A stretch of DNA of 64,000 nt, taken from IMG/VR virus record IMGVR_UViG_3300031758_000060, one strand, 5' to 3'. This document shows, piece after piece, positions 54,807-63,398 of the stretch. The position numbers and the translations under genes are program-made. Position 1 is the first letter of the stretch; each line of letters begins with the position of its first letter. Origin of the DNA: an uncultured virus (IMG/VR IMGVR_UViG_3300031758_000060). Taxonomy: Duplodnaviria > Heunggongvirae > Uroviricota > Caudoviricetes. Under the pieces are notes generated by a model that saw nothing but the letters and a program-made list of their open reading frames with translations, was not told the origin of the DNA and made no database searches.

Positions 54807-55009
54807 CAGAAGGGGATCTCGTCCCACTCCCACGCTGGGCATCCAACCTTCTCAACCTCGGGCGGCGGGCGCTCGCCGTTGGCCAGCTTGCAGCCGGAGT
54901 CGTACCAGTTGATGCAGTCGGCGCAAGACTTCTTGCGCAGGATCTCGCGCCAGTAGTGGGCCTCGCGCTCGGCGCACTGGATCTTGACCTGGATCTCGAT
55001 GGGCTTCAT
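54806..55009 (-). CDS. Cys-rich small protein with DEIPF tail
   Basis: SCADC...C...GCPAWEWDEIPF. Confidence 0.65.
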   Translation of the reverse strand: MKPIEIQVKIQCAEREAHYWREILRKKSCADCINWYDSGCKLANGERPPPEVEKVGCPAWEWDEIPF

Positions 55010-55022
55010 GTCTTGGCTCCAG

Positions 55023-55892
55023 TCAATCGGTGCATCCCAGGCACTCGATGCCGTCGTCGGGTATGCCGGTGTCGTATCCGAAGGCATCGGTCTGCGTCTG
55101 CGCGAAGTTCAGCATCTGCGCGTAACTCGGACGGTCGCTTCTGAACGTGCCGCCGTTTGTGATCTTGGGGTTGGTGATGCTGTGCTCTTGCTTGGCCCAC
55201 CACGCAGCCCGCTCTGGTTTCTCGGCGATCAGGCTCATGACGATGGCGCTGTGCTTGAGAAAACACAGATCGCAGTTGCCGTGCATCGTTGTGCCGTTCA
55301 CGTTGGGCAGCGCCAGATCAAAGGATGCCTGCTGCCAATAGCGGCCCACCTCGCTGCGGCCAATCCCAAGGTCAGCAAGTGGGGCGCGGCGCTCAATGCC
55401 GCGAGTGCCGCCACTCGGGTCGGCGCGCAGCTTGGCCACTCGCACCGGCTCGTCGGCGCGGATACCTACCAGCACATCAAATTCCTCATGCCCCAAGCTG
55501 CGCATGTAATCAGCGATCCGCAGGATCTTCAGTTCCACGGTGCAGAACCGCGCCACTGGGTTTGGCAAGTAGTTGCGCGCCCGGATCAACGCCTCGAATG
55601 GTTCGCCGTCACGACTGGCTGTCTCGAAGGTCACTTGCCGCCATCCCGCCCCATCGGGCAGGTACTCCACCCAGACAATCGGGATCATCCAGTTCGCGCT
55701 GCAGTCGCGCACAAAGCGCAACGTGGCCTCGTTCTCTTTGCCGGTGTTCGCAAACACCACATGGCAGTCAGGCGGCAGCGCACCGCCGTGAGCGTCGAGC
55801 AACATGCGCAGCATGTAGGCACTGGTGCGCCCACCGCTGAAGCTGATGCAGGTCGGGCCGTCGATCTTGAACGGATCGGTTGCTGTCCTCAT
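55023..55892 (-). CDS. PAPS-reductase-family protein
   Basis: SFSGGRTSAYML PP-loop, FANTGKE, RFCTVELK, GIRADE, GNCDLCFLK. Confidence 0.88.
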   Translation of the reverse strand: MRTATDPFKIDGPTCISFSGGRTSAYMLRMLLDAHGGALPPDCHVVFANTGKENEATLRFVRDCSANWMIPIVWVEYLPDGAGWRQVTFETASRDGEPFEALIRARNYLPNPVARFCTVELKILRIADYMRSLGHEEFDVLVGIRADEPVRVAKLRADPSGGTRGIERRAPLADLGIGRSEVGRYWQQASFDLALPNVNGTTMHGNCDLCFLKHSAIVMSLIAEKPERAAWWAKQEHSITNPKITNGGTFRSDRPSYAQMLNFAQTQTDAFGYDTGIPDDGIECLGCTD

Positions 55893-57538
55893 GCGTACTC
55901 CTGCGCGAACTCAACCCAGGTCTTGCGACGGATGGCCTTGGCAAGGCCGTAGCGCAGCGGACCCAACTGCATCCCTGTCACGCGCCAATACTTGCCCTCC
56001 ATCTTGACCGAGATGGTCTTGGGTGTCGGGATCTTCTCTTCTGCGATGGCCATGGCTTCGTCAACCGTCTGCGGGCACATCATCCCGCGGTCCCAGAACC
56101 AGCGGACGGCGTGCTTCTTCACGAAGGGGCGATCGTCCTCGATCGGCACCCACTCAGAGAACGTCGAGACCCCGCAGTAGTAGGTGACCTTCAGGCTCGG
56201 CGTCTTGCCAGCCTTCTCGTGCTTCTCGTACTCGACGCGGTCCACCTCGTACTCGCGTGGCTTCTCCAGCGCGGCCACGATCACGGCGTCGGCCGCCTCG
56301 GTGCCGTGCGCAGCGGCTCGCTCCCAGACATGGCCGCAGCCAGGGCACTCCATGATCGAGGTGTAGACAAGCTCGTGGCAGTCTGGGCACTCCTTGACTG
56401 GGGCCACGCTTACGCCCTCGCCCTTGCCGCCCTTGCGCTTGACCTTGATCTGGTCGATGGGGCCGTGGCGCTGCACGTTGCCGGCGAAGTCCAACACCAG
56501 GGTGTTCTCCTTCACCCCGTCCTTGCGCAGCCCACGGCCCATGATCTGCACGTACAGGCCCGTGCTCTTGGTCGGGCGCAGCATCACGATGCAGTCGATG
56601 CTCGGGTAGTCGAACCCGGTGGTGAGCAGCATCGCGTTGAACAGGAAGCGAATCTTCCCGCTCTTGAAGGCATTGATCTTCGCGTCACGCTCGCCGGCAG
56701 CCATCTCCCCACTGACGTAGTCTGCAGTCCAGCCCCTGTCACGGGCAGCCTGGGCGCAGTGCTTGGCATGGTCGATGCCGGCGCAGAACCCGAGAACGTG
56801 CTGGCGGTCGTGGGCCAGACGGGCGATCTCGTCCATGGCCCCTTCAATGAGGTAGCCCTTGTCCATCGCGGCCTGGAGTTCGCTGGCCACGAACTCGCCG
56901 CCGCGGACATGGACACCGGACAGGTCGGCCTCGGTCGCGCCGCGCTTGGCCACCAGCGGGCAGAGATAGCCGTCCTTGATGAGGTCGGCCACGTTGGCCT
57001 CGTAGGCGATGTCGGTGAAGATCCGATCCTTGCCCTCGATCAGGATGCCGCTGTCCATGCGGTAGGGCGTGGCCGTCAGGCCGATCACCTTGAGCGCCGG
57101 GTTGTGTGCGCGCAGGCCGTCCAGAAAGCGGCCGTACATGGTGTCGGCGTTGCGCGGGATCAGATGCGCCTCGTCCACCAGGACGAGGTCGATCGGTGAG
57201 AACTTGGCCGGGAGGCGGTGGACCGACTGGATACCGGCCACCGTGATCTGGTGCTTGGTCTTCTGCCCCAGGCCGGCAGACCAGATGCCGATGGGGGTCT
57301 GGGGCCAGTACCGGATGATGGCCTTCGCGTCCTGCTCGATCAGTTCCTTTATATGCGTCAGAACAATCATCCGCGTGCCAGGGTACTGCTCTATTGCTTG
57401 CTTGATGAATGCCGCAAGAGTCAGAGACTTGCCTGCACCTGTGGGCAGCACTATCAACGGATTTCCGCTGTTGCTCTCGAAGTATTTGTATAGAGCTTGG
57501 ATGGCCTCAACCTGATATGAGCGAAGAGACAAAGTCAT
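55889..57538 (-). CDS. SF2 DEAH helicase with Zn finger (RadD/YejH-like)
   Basis: LRSYQ, LPTGAGKS, DEAH, GLTATPYR, LTTGFD, QIMGRGLR, CPDC...CPGC. Confidence 0.92.
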   Translation of the reverse strand: MTLSLRSYQVEAIQALYKYFESNSGNPLIVLPTGAGKSLTLAAFIKQAIEQYPGTRMIVLTHIKELIEQDAKAIIRYWPQTPIGIWSAGLGQKTKHQITVAGIQSVHRLPAKFSPIDLVLVDEAHLIPRNADTMYGRFLDGLRAHNPALKVIGLTATPYRMDSGILIEGKDRIFTDIAYEANVADLIKDGYLCPLVAKRGATEADLSGVHVRGGEFVASELQAAMDKGYLIEGAMDEIARLAHDRQHVLGFCAGIDHAKHCAQAARDRGWTADYVSGEMAAGERDAKINAFKSGKIRFLFNAMLLTTGFDYPSIDCIVMLRPTKSTGLYVQIMGRGLRKDGVKENTLVLDFAGNVQRHGPIDQIKVKRKGGKGEGVSVAPVKECPDCHELVYTSIMECPGCGHVWERAAAHGTEAADAVIVAALEKPREYEVDRVEYEKHEKAGKTPSLKVTYYCGVSTFSEWVPIEDDRPFVKKHAVRWFWDRGMMCPQTVDEAMAIAEEKIPTPKTISVKMEGKYWRVTGMQLGPLRYGLAKAIRRKTWVEFAQEYA

Positions 57539-58167
57539 GCCAAGTACCTCATTGCTTTTTGCATCAGTGAAACATCTTCTGAAAACAGGCCGATGGCCTG
57601 ATTGCACTTGCTGCACAACAGGCCGCGGACTCGACCAGTTGAGTGGCAGTGATCCACGTGTAGAGAGAAGTGAGACTCGGGAGTGTGGCCGCAAATCGCG
57701 CACGACGCAGACTGCCGTTCAACCATTGCCATGTAGGCGTCGCGTGTCAAACCATATTGCTTCTTGATTCGTGAGAACCTGGAACTGATCTTGTGTCTGC
57801 GTCGGGCTTCTCCGTCGCATTGAATGCAGTTGTTGGTGGAGACCCAACGCTTGTAATGGCCGCTTTTGCAAGGATCTGGGCTTTCATAAGTTGTGAGCCC
57901 AGCCTTATGAGCCAGCATTCGAGTGTGATGCTTGACGGCCCTCACACCGGCACGCGACTCGTCTACGCCGAGACGCTTGACGTTCTTGACTCGATTGCAC
58001 GCAACACAGCCACCGGCTTTTGTGTATCTAGGAGAGTTGTGTCCTTGCGCACAAGGTCTGCCGGTGTAGTAAAACCGAAAGCCGCACGCCGCCGCTTCCG
58101 ATCCACTCTTCGGCAGTTCATCCAGATTGAGTCCGTACCCGTGGTGGCTGACGTCCTTCAGGGTCAC
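57535..58167 (-). CDS. Endonuclease VII-family free-standing homing endonuclease
   Basis: YYTGRPC..GH repeats; KQYGLT, CAIC, HVDHCHSTGRVRGLLCSKCNQAIG; AT-richer DNA. Confidence 0.88.
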   Translation of the reverse strand: MTLKDVSHHGYGLNLDELPKSGSEAAACGFRFYYTGRPCAQGHNSPRYTKAGGCVACNRVKNVKRLGVDESRAGVRAVKHHTRMLAHKAGLTTYESPDPCKSGHYKRWVSTNNCIQCDGEARRRHKISSRFSRIKKQYGLTRDAYMAMVERQSASCAICGHTPESHFSLHVDHCHSTGRVRGLLCSKCNQAIGLFSEDVSLMQKAMRYLA

Positions 58168-58484
58168 GCCTCCTCCTTCACAAACACCCCGTCCTCGCGC
58201 AGCGTACCGCGCCGATCCTTGATCTGCGCGTAGGCGTGCTGCATGGCATCCACAAGGTCGATGCCCGCGAGGTCGGCGCCGATCACGAGCGTGACCATGA
58301 TGTCGCCGTAGGCGTCAATGATCTCGTTCCGGTCGCCGCGGTGCAGGGCCGACCAAAGCTCGCCCAATTCCTCATGGGTCTTGATGGCCTGGGCCATCGC
58401 GGTCGAGCGCGGGATGATCTTGCGGGCCTCGGCCCAGCGGATAACTTCGATCTCGACGTCACGGTAACTGCTACGGGTGCTCAT
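58164..58484 (-). CDS. MazG-like NTP pyrophosphohydrolase
   Basis: WAEARKI, QAIKTHEELGEL, IIDAYGDIMVTL, AYAQIKDRRG. Confidence 0.85.
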   Translation of the reverse strand: MSTRSSYRDVEIEVIRWAEARKIIPRSTAMAQAIKTHEELGELWSALHRGDRNEIIDAYGDIMVTLVIGADLAGIDLVDAMQHAYAQIKDRRGTLREDGVFVKEEA

Positions 58485-59557
58485 CCAACTATCCTTCCTT
58501 GAAACTGCTGACGGTATTGCTCGATGCCGGGGTCGGCAATGGCTCGATGGTCTTTGGCCGCGCTGATTTCCTGCGTGGCGTAGACCGGGACATCATTGGC
58601 CGGAGCGCAGAAGCGATCGGCCACGATGAACTGTGCGCCCGTGTCCTTGCGCTGGAAGCGGATCCAGCCGTCGGCCGCGTCGATGGGCTCGGCGTAGGTC
58701 AGCAGGAACGGCAGTGGCAGATGGCCCGGGCATCCCTTGCGCTGGATCTCGACCGGGATGTCAACCTTCTCCTGGCCCTTCGCGCACGTCCAGCGGCCAT
58801 CGCCCTCGCGCTCCGGCGTGGAGTGGACACAGGTTCTGCAGGACACGGCAGGGACTTGGCCGCCGTGGCAAACGGCGTTGTGCGCGCACCAGTTGCACAG
58901 GTAGAACTTGGGGTCGTCGGAGATCTTGGCAGGCGGGGTCTGGCCGAAGATGATTGACTCGGCCTTGGCCTGGATCTGCTCGAACCGCACAGGGTCGAAC
59001 TCGATGCGCTCGCTGTAGAGGTCGTCGTCGTCCTTGTTGACCGCGAGATACAGGGCGCGATCCATTCCACTCTTGCCCATGTACCACTGCATCTGGTCGT
59101 AGTGGACGGGCTTGGCGGCCTTGACGCCCTTCTTCTTGAGGTCGGCGAAGCTCTTGGATGAGTGCGTCTTGAACTCCAGGACGTGCCACTTGGCGCCGCC
59201 ACCAGGAACACTCTTCGCGCAGCCGTCCATGTGGCCACGCATGTGCCCGCCGTGGTCGGAGAACCCGAACTGCTTGCCCGTTGCCGGGTCCGCATCGTGA
59301 ACCACGACGCCGATCGAGCGCAGGTCGGCCACGAATCGCGGCTCGGCCAAGTGCCCCGTCTGAAACAGGCGCAGAGTTCTGCCCTCGAACTTCTCGCGGC
59401 CGGCCCAGCGGAAGCCGTACCACAAGGCCCTGGAGCACTCGTTGCCGATCACCGAGGCGCCCAGGTAGGTGCGGGCCTGCTCGGCGTTGCCGGTCTTCTC
59501 GTACTGCTCAAAGATCGCTGCAGCGATCGCGTCAACGTGCTTGGTGAGATCAGCCAT
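58481..59557 (-). CDS. PD-(D/E)xK exonuclease (Cas4/RecB-like, Cys cluster)
   Basis: YLGASVIGNEC.R.LWY, GHMDG, LEFKT, QMQWYM, CNWC...VC; start at MADLTKH. Confidence 0.85.
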   Translation of the reverse strand: MADLTKHVDAIAAAIFEQYEKTGNAEQARTYLGASVIGNECSRALWYGFRWAGREKFEGRTLRLFQTGHLAEPRFVADLRSIGVVVHDADPATGKQFGFSDHGGHMRGHMDGCAKSVPGGGAKWHVLEFKTHSSKSFADLKKKGVKAAKPVHYDQMQWYMGKSGMDRALYLAVNKDDDDLYSERIEFDPVRFEQIQAKAESIIFGQTPPAKISDDPKFYLCNWCAHNAVCHGGQVPAVSCRTCVHSTPEREGDGRWTCAKGQEKVDIPVEIQRKGCPGHLPLPFLLTYAEPIDAADGWIRFQRKDTGAQFIVADRFCAPANDVPVYATQEISAAKDHRAIADPGIEQYRQQFQGRIVG

Positions 59558-59847
59558 CAGTCGTTCGTCTGGGTGGGGTTGAATACGTGGCGCAGGAACT
59601 CTTCTGCGGGCATGGCCCGGGCTTCCTGCTGCTGCTTGTTCATCGTGTCCCAGGCGTCGAGCGAATACTCGGCCATCGTCTGAAACAGCACGGCCAGCGA
59701 GCGCGCCAGCGTGGCCTTGTCGGCGATCAGGGCCATGGTCTCGGCCAGGGCGATCGAACAACTCCTGGTAAAGGAAGCGAACTCCTCCGGGGAGAAGTTG
59801 TTGCCCATGTGGATCATCATCTCGCGCATCTGCTTGTCGTAGTCCAT
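59557..59847 (-). CDS. Hypothetical protein
   Basis: AGGAG RBS; TGATG coupling to the exonuclease. Confidence 0.65.
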   Translation of the reverse strand: MDYDKQMREMMIHMGNNFSPEEFASFTRSCSIALAETMALIADKATLARSLAVLFQTMAEYSLDAWDTMNKQQQEARAMPAEEFLRHVFNPTQTND

Positions 59848-59970
59848 CGCTCTCTCCTATGCGGCAGCAGCCCTCGGGCCGCTCTCGGATAGGGCCGGTC
59901 TTTCCCGGCTGTCACCCCTTTGCACACGCTGGGGTTGGGCGCGATCACGCGGCAGGAGTAACCGCGGTGC
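59848..59970 (-). ncRNA. Candidate structured RNA (four hairpins)
   Basis: Stems CGCGG/CCGCG, ACCCC/GGGGT, GCCGG-GAAAGA-CCGGC, GCGGC/GCCGC before the RBS. Confidence 0.35.
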
Positions 59971-60327
59971 TCAAGAGGCCAGCCGGTTGCGAAGCTCGTA
60001 GCCCATCAGCGGCCAGACCTTGTTGACGGCATTGGCGCGTGCCACCTTGCGCCCGACCTCCGCGTCGAAGTTCTCCGGGCTGGCGCAGGCGCTTTCACCC
60101 GTGACGGTGAAGCCGTTGCGCAGCACCAGGACGCAGAAGGTCAGGAGGTGCAGCGGCTCGGGCACACCGACCGGCAGGTCCGTGCCCACACGGGCAATAG
60201 ACACCCCCTGAGCGGCCGTGAAGTAGTGCTCCGAGGCGATGTTCGCCTCAATGTCAGCCGGCGTGATGCGCGGCGCGGTCAGGCCCTTGGCCTGGATCTC
60301 GGCCTCGATGGTGGCGTCGGTGCTCAT
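59971..60327 (-). CDS. N4 Gp49/Sf6 gp66-family protein
   Basis: APRITPADIEANI, LTFCVLVLRNGFTVTGESACASPENFDAEVGRKVAR.NA..KVWPLMGY.L. Confidence 0.85.
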   Translation of the reverse strand: MSTDATIEAEIQAKGLTAPRITPADIEANIASEHYFTAAQGVSIARVGTDLPVGVPEPLHLLTFCVLVLRNGFTVTGESACASPENFDAEVGRKVARANAVNKVWPLMGYELRNRLAS

Positions 60328-60545
60328 GCGGGATCACCCCCCTCGCTGTCGGCCTGAGCCGGCGGCTGGGCCGCCTCGGCCTGGGCCTTCTGCTGGTGCT
60401 CCTGGATCTGCTGCAGCGAGATCCGACGGATTCCAACGACCAACTCGTTGACCTCGTCGTGCGGCAGCTTGCCCAGAGCGTTGAGGATGACGTTGACGGC
60501 CCCCACGGGCATCGTCAGGGTGATGGGGATCTGGGTAACGTCCAT
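60324..60545 (-). CDS. Hypothetical protein
   Basis: VNVILNALGKLP.DEV..L; AGGAG RBS. Confidence 0.65.
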   Translation of the reverse strand: MDVTQIPITLTMPVGAVNVILNALGKLPHDEVNELVVGIRRISLQQIQEHQQKAQAEAAQPPAQADSEGGDPA

Positions 60546-60556
60546 GTGCGGTGCTC

Positions 60557-61042
60557 CTATCGCATCCAGGGGGCCACGGCCGGGGCCGCAGCGGGGGCGG
60601 GGGCGGGGGCCTGGGCACCCAGCGCAGACGCGGGGGCGCCAGACGCGACGGCCACGCCCTCGTACTTCTTGATGACGTTGCTCTCGCGCTTCTTGTCATC
60701 GACCTCGACGCCCACGGTGATGAGCATCGGACGGTTGTGCAGTTCGGCGCTGTCCTTGGGCTTCATGACACCCACGGCACGGCAGATCGCACCCAGTTCG
60801 CGCTGGGCGATGTCCACCGCGGTCTGGTTCTGGTTCTGCAGGTTCAACCGCGCCCACAGCTTGCGACCCTTGCAGGGGCCGTCCAGCACCTCGAAGGTGA
60901 ACTGCAAGTAGGAGCCGGTGCCCGACTTGGTGGGCTTCATCTCGGAGGCCGTGGCGATGACCACGTACTGGCCCTCGGGCAGCGCGGAGAACTCCTGCTG
61001 CTCGGGAACTTGTGAGGCATCAAAGCCGTTTAGGTTTGCCAT
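60557..61042 (-). CDS. DUF669-like single-stranded DNA-binding protein
   Basis: LPEGQY, KPTKSG.GSYL..TFEVLDG..KGRKLW.RLNL, IAQREL.AICRAVG, PW tail. Confidence 0.85.
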   Translation of the reverse strand: MANLNGFDASQVPEQQEFSALPEGQYVVIATASEMKPTKSGTGSYLQFTFEVLDGPCKGRKLWARLNLQNQNQTAVDIAQRELGAICRAVGVMKPKDSAELHNRPMLITVGVEVDDKKRESNVIKKYEGVAVASGAPASALGAQAPAPAPAAAPAVAPWMR

Positions 61043-61066
61043 CGTTCAATCCTTTCTTCGTGGCAG

Positions 61067-61081
61067 TTGAGAAAAACTCGA
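61067..61081. promoter_or_regulatory. Operator-like palindrome TTGAG-AAAAA-CTCGA
   Basis: Matches 63352..63366. Confidence 0.5.
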
Positions 61082-61276
61082 TCAGTCGATCGAAGGGGTG
61101 GCGCGCAGGATGCGACCACCACCCTCCAGGTAGTTGGCGACGTCCCTGGTGTTGGCTGCGGTGACCTCGTACTGGCCGTCAACGACCAGCTTGATGGCCT
61201 GCGAGGGGTGACCAGCCTCGACGAGTTTCACTTCGTCGGTAGTGACGTTCTTCACGGTGTAGATGCGGGTGTTCAA
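61082..61276 (-). CDS. Hypothetical protein
   Basis: TRIYTV......LVEA...SQAI. Confidence 0.65.
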   Translation of the reverse strand: MNTRIYTVKNVTTDEVKLVEAGHPSQAIKLVVDGQYEVTAANTRDVANYLEGGGRILRATPSID

Positions 61277-61294
61277 GTGATGCCTTTCAAGGAG

Positions 61295-62035
61295 TTATTG
61301 CGCCGAGGACGAGATCGCGTTTGCAAACGCGGCCCAATCCAGCGGCATCGACGGTGGGAGGTTGTAGCGATTCTTGGCCAGATAGGCTGGCGTCTCCTGC
61401 GTATACAGCAGACGCTCACCCGTCGTGATGCCTCGACTCACCGACTTGTTGAAGCCAACGTCTTCCTTCTTGATAAGGGTGCGATAGTTGGCGAACAACA
61501 CTGCATCGGCCCACTCTTGCACAAGCGCGCTGGCGCGCCCCTGCAGCTTGGGCTGATATCTGTCATACGGCTCCACTTCAGGAGAGTCGAACCGCTTGAT
61601 TTCACAGTGGCCGATCAGAATCACCACCATGTTCTTTTCGTTGCGCAGAGCATTGAACCCTTCCAGCAGCTCACGCCACTTGTCGGCCAGGATCAGTGAC
61701 CCCTTACCGTAGCTGAGTTCCTTGGCGTCGTACTTGGTCTCGATCTCGCGCTGCAGTATGTTTTCCATCCAGTCAGCGGAGTCGAGTACCACGGTCTTGT
61801 AGTCGTGCTGCTCGGTGTAGAGCGTGCGCAGCGCGTTTATGACGTCGGCGCTCGACTTGGCCAGCGGGAAGCTGGATGTGTCGATCGCGCCCAGGCCGTC
61901 CTCGGTGCAGATGAAGATCGGGTTGGGCGCCTGAGCGGCAAACGTGCTCTTGCCAATGCCATGCGTGGCATACAAGAACATGCGAGGGGCATGGATAGTC
62001 TTGCCTTTGCGAATGCTGTTTAAGTCGAAAGCCAT
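61295..62035 (-). CDS. AAA_24/Sak4-like ATPase (recombinase)
   Basis: [42 protein letters not shown]. Confidence 0.88.
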   Translation of the reverse strand: MAFDLNSIRKGKTIHAPRMFLYATHGIGKSTFAAQAPNPIFICTEDGLGAIDTSSFPLAKSSADVINALRTLYTEQHDYKTVVLDSADWMENILQREIETKYDAKELSYGKGSLILADKWRELLEGFNALRNEKNMVVILIGHCEIKRFDSPEVEPYDRYQPKLQGRASALVQEWADAVLFANYRTLIKKEDVGFNKSVSRGITTGERLLYTQETPAYLAKNRYNLPPSMPLDWAAFANAISSSAQ

Positions 62036-62556
62036 TGTGTGGTTCCTTGTGTTGCTGTGCCGCGTGCGCGGCGGTTGTTTGCTTGCTCTTTAAGGGTGGC
62101 CCATCTGCAGTTTTCGGGCGAATAGTCGCCGTCGTTGTTGATGCGCTCGATCGTGTGCCCAGGCGGCCTCGGGCCCATGTCGGATTGGAATTTGTCGAAT
62201 GAATCCCAGAGTGCGCACACCTTGATGCCGCGTCCTCCATATAAGGCGTAGTCCGCACTGCGGGGGTTGTTGCACCGCTGGCGCATCGTTTTCCAGACGG
62301 CGTACACAGCAGTGCCGGCGCGTCCATGCTTAACCCCTGGACCGATGCTCTTGCGGCCGTTTTCCACTGCGCGCTCAGAACGCAAGCAGCCGCAAGACTT
62401 GACCTTACCGGCTCTTGCCAGAGAGCCGGCCAAGACCGTGGTCTTGCCGCAAGCGCAGGAGAACTCCCACACGCGCTTGCCGAAGGTGTCAGAGCCGACG
62501 CATCGAACTGCAGTAAGCCGCCCGAATTTGTGGCCAGTGATGTCAATCGGCACCAC
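62020..62556 (-). CDS. HNH free-standing homing endonuclease
   Basis: [51 protein letters not shown]. Confidence 0.88.
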   Translation of the reverse strand: MVPIDITGHKFGRLTAVRCVGSDTFGKRVWEFSCACGKTTVLAGSLARAGKVKSCGCLRSERAVENGRKSIGPGVKHGRAGTAVYAVWKTMRQRCNNPRSADYALYGGRGIKVCALWDSFDKFQSDMGPRPPGHTIERINNDGDYSPENCRWATLKEQANNRRARGTATQGTTQWLST

Positions 62557-62559
62557 GTT

Positions 62560-62781
62560 TCAGTCCTTCGCTACGATGATGGTTGAGGGTTCGGGGTTGA
62601 GTTCAGGCACGGTGTCCTCGACCTTGGTGAAGGTCTTGGCCGTGCCCAGGACAGCCTGCAGGAGTTGGTAGATCATCCCGTGAGCCTGTGACTTGGGATC
62701 GAGTTCGGCGCCGAAGTCGGCGCCGACCGTCACCTGTCCAGTCAAGGGGTCGTCTTCAATGGTGATGGTGCCTCGGGCCAT
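62560..62781 (-). CDS. Hypothetical protein
   Basis: TAATG coupling; MARGTITIEDD. Confidence 0.6.
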   Translation of the reverse strand: MARGTITIEDDPLTGQVTVGADFGAELDPKSQAHGMIYQLLQAVLGTAKTFTKVEDTVPELNPEPSTIIVAKD

Positions 62782-63164
62782 TACGCGCCACCCCCAACAG
62801 GCTTCACTTCCACCGCCGTCTTGGCCGGCTTGATCTCGATGGGCAGGAGGGCGTAGAGGGCGGGGTCGTTGTCCCGCAGCCACTTGACTCCCTTCTCGTC
62901 GAGTTCCGGCTTCATCTTGACCGGGTGCAGGTTGGCCGGGATCGAACCCTTGACCTGATCCCACTTGTCCCAGTCCATCTTCCGGATCACCTTGCCGGTG
63001 ACGGCCACCTTGAAAGCGCCGGCCTCGTGGGTCTGGGCGCCTTCGTCGCGTTTGCCGGTGAGGCCAACGATCATGTCCTCGATGGCCACGCGCAGGGCCG
63101 CGGCCTTGCGCTCAGATTCCTTGGCCGCGAGCCAGTCTTGGCAGAGTGCTTCAAGGGTGTTCAT
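62781..63164 (-). CDS. Hypothetical recombination-module protein
   Basis: WLAAKESERKA...R..IED; AGGAG RBS; usual neighbour of Sak4-like ATPases. Confidence 0.7.
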   Translation of the reverse strand: MNTLEALCQDWLAAKESERKAAALRVAIEDMIVGLTGKRDEGAQTHEAGAFKVAVTGKVIRKMDWDKWDQVKGSIPANLHPVKMKPELDEKGVKWLRDNDPALYALLPIEIKPAKTAVEVKPVGGGA

Positions 63165-63309
63165 GTGCGGGCTCCTTGGCCTTGCTGGGGGGAATCCACC
63201 CGTACTTGGCCCAGGTGCGGGCGACGTCCGTGGCCGCCGCGGGCACGTAGTTGAATCGGCTGTCTGTCAGCCGATATGGCGGCATTGCTGTTTTGGGTTT
63301 TCGCTTCAT
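63151..63309 (-). CDS. Small hypothetical protein
   Basis: FNYVPAAATDVARTWAKYGWIPPS. Confidence 0.6.
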   Translation of the reverse strand: MKRKPKTAMPPYRLTDSRFNYVPAAATDVARTWAKYGWIPPSKAKEPAHEHP

Positions 63310-63337
63310 CGGGTACTTCGGTAGTGAGGGGGACTCG

Positions 63338-63366
63338 ACTGTATTCTTGGGTCGAGAAAAACTCAA
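63338..63366 (-). promoter_or_regulatory. Sigma70-like leftward promoter overlapped by palindromes
   Basis: TTGAGT-17 nt-TACAGT; TCGAG-AAAAA-CTCAA (63352..63366) and CTCGAC-N11-GTCGAG (63334..63356). Confidence 0.65.
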
Positions 63367-63398
63367 CCCCCCACCCGTAGAGTTGCGCATCCGCAACA

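Noticed and set aside
58481..59557. Cas4-like nuclease as evidence of a CRISPR-Cas system
   Set aside because: No repeat-spacer array or other cas genes; it sits in a typical exonuclease/SSB/Sak4 recombination module
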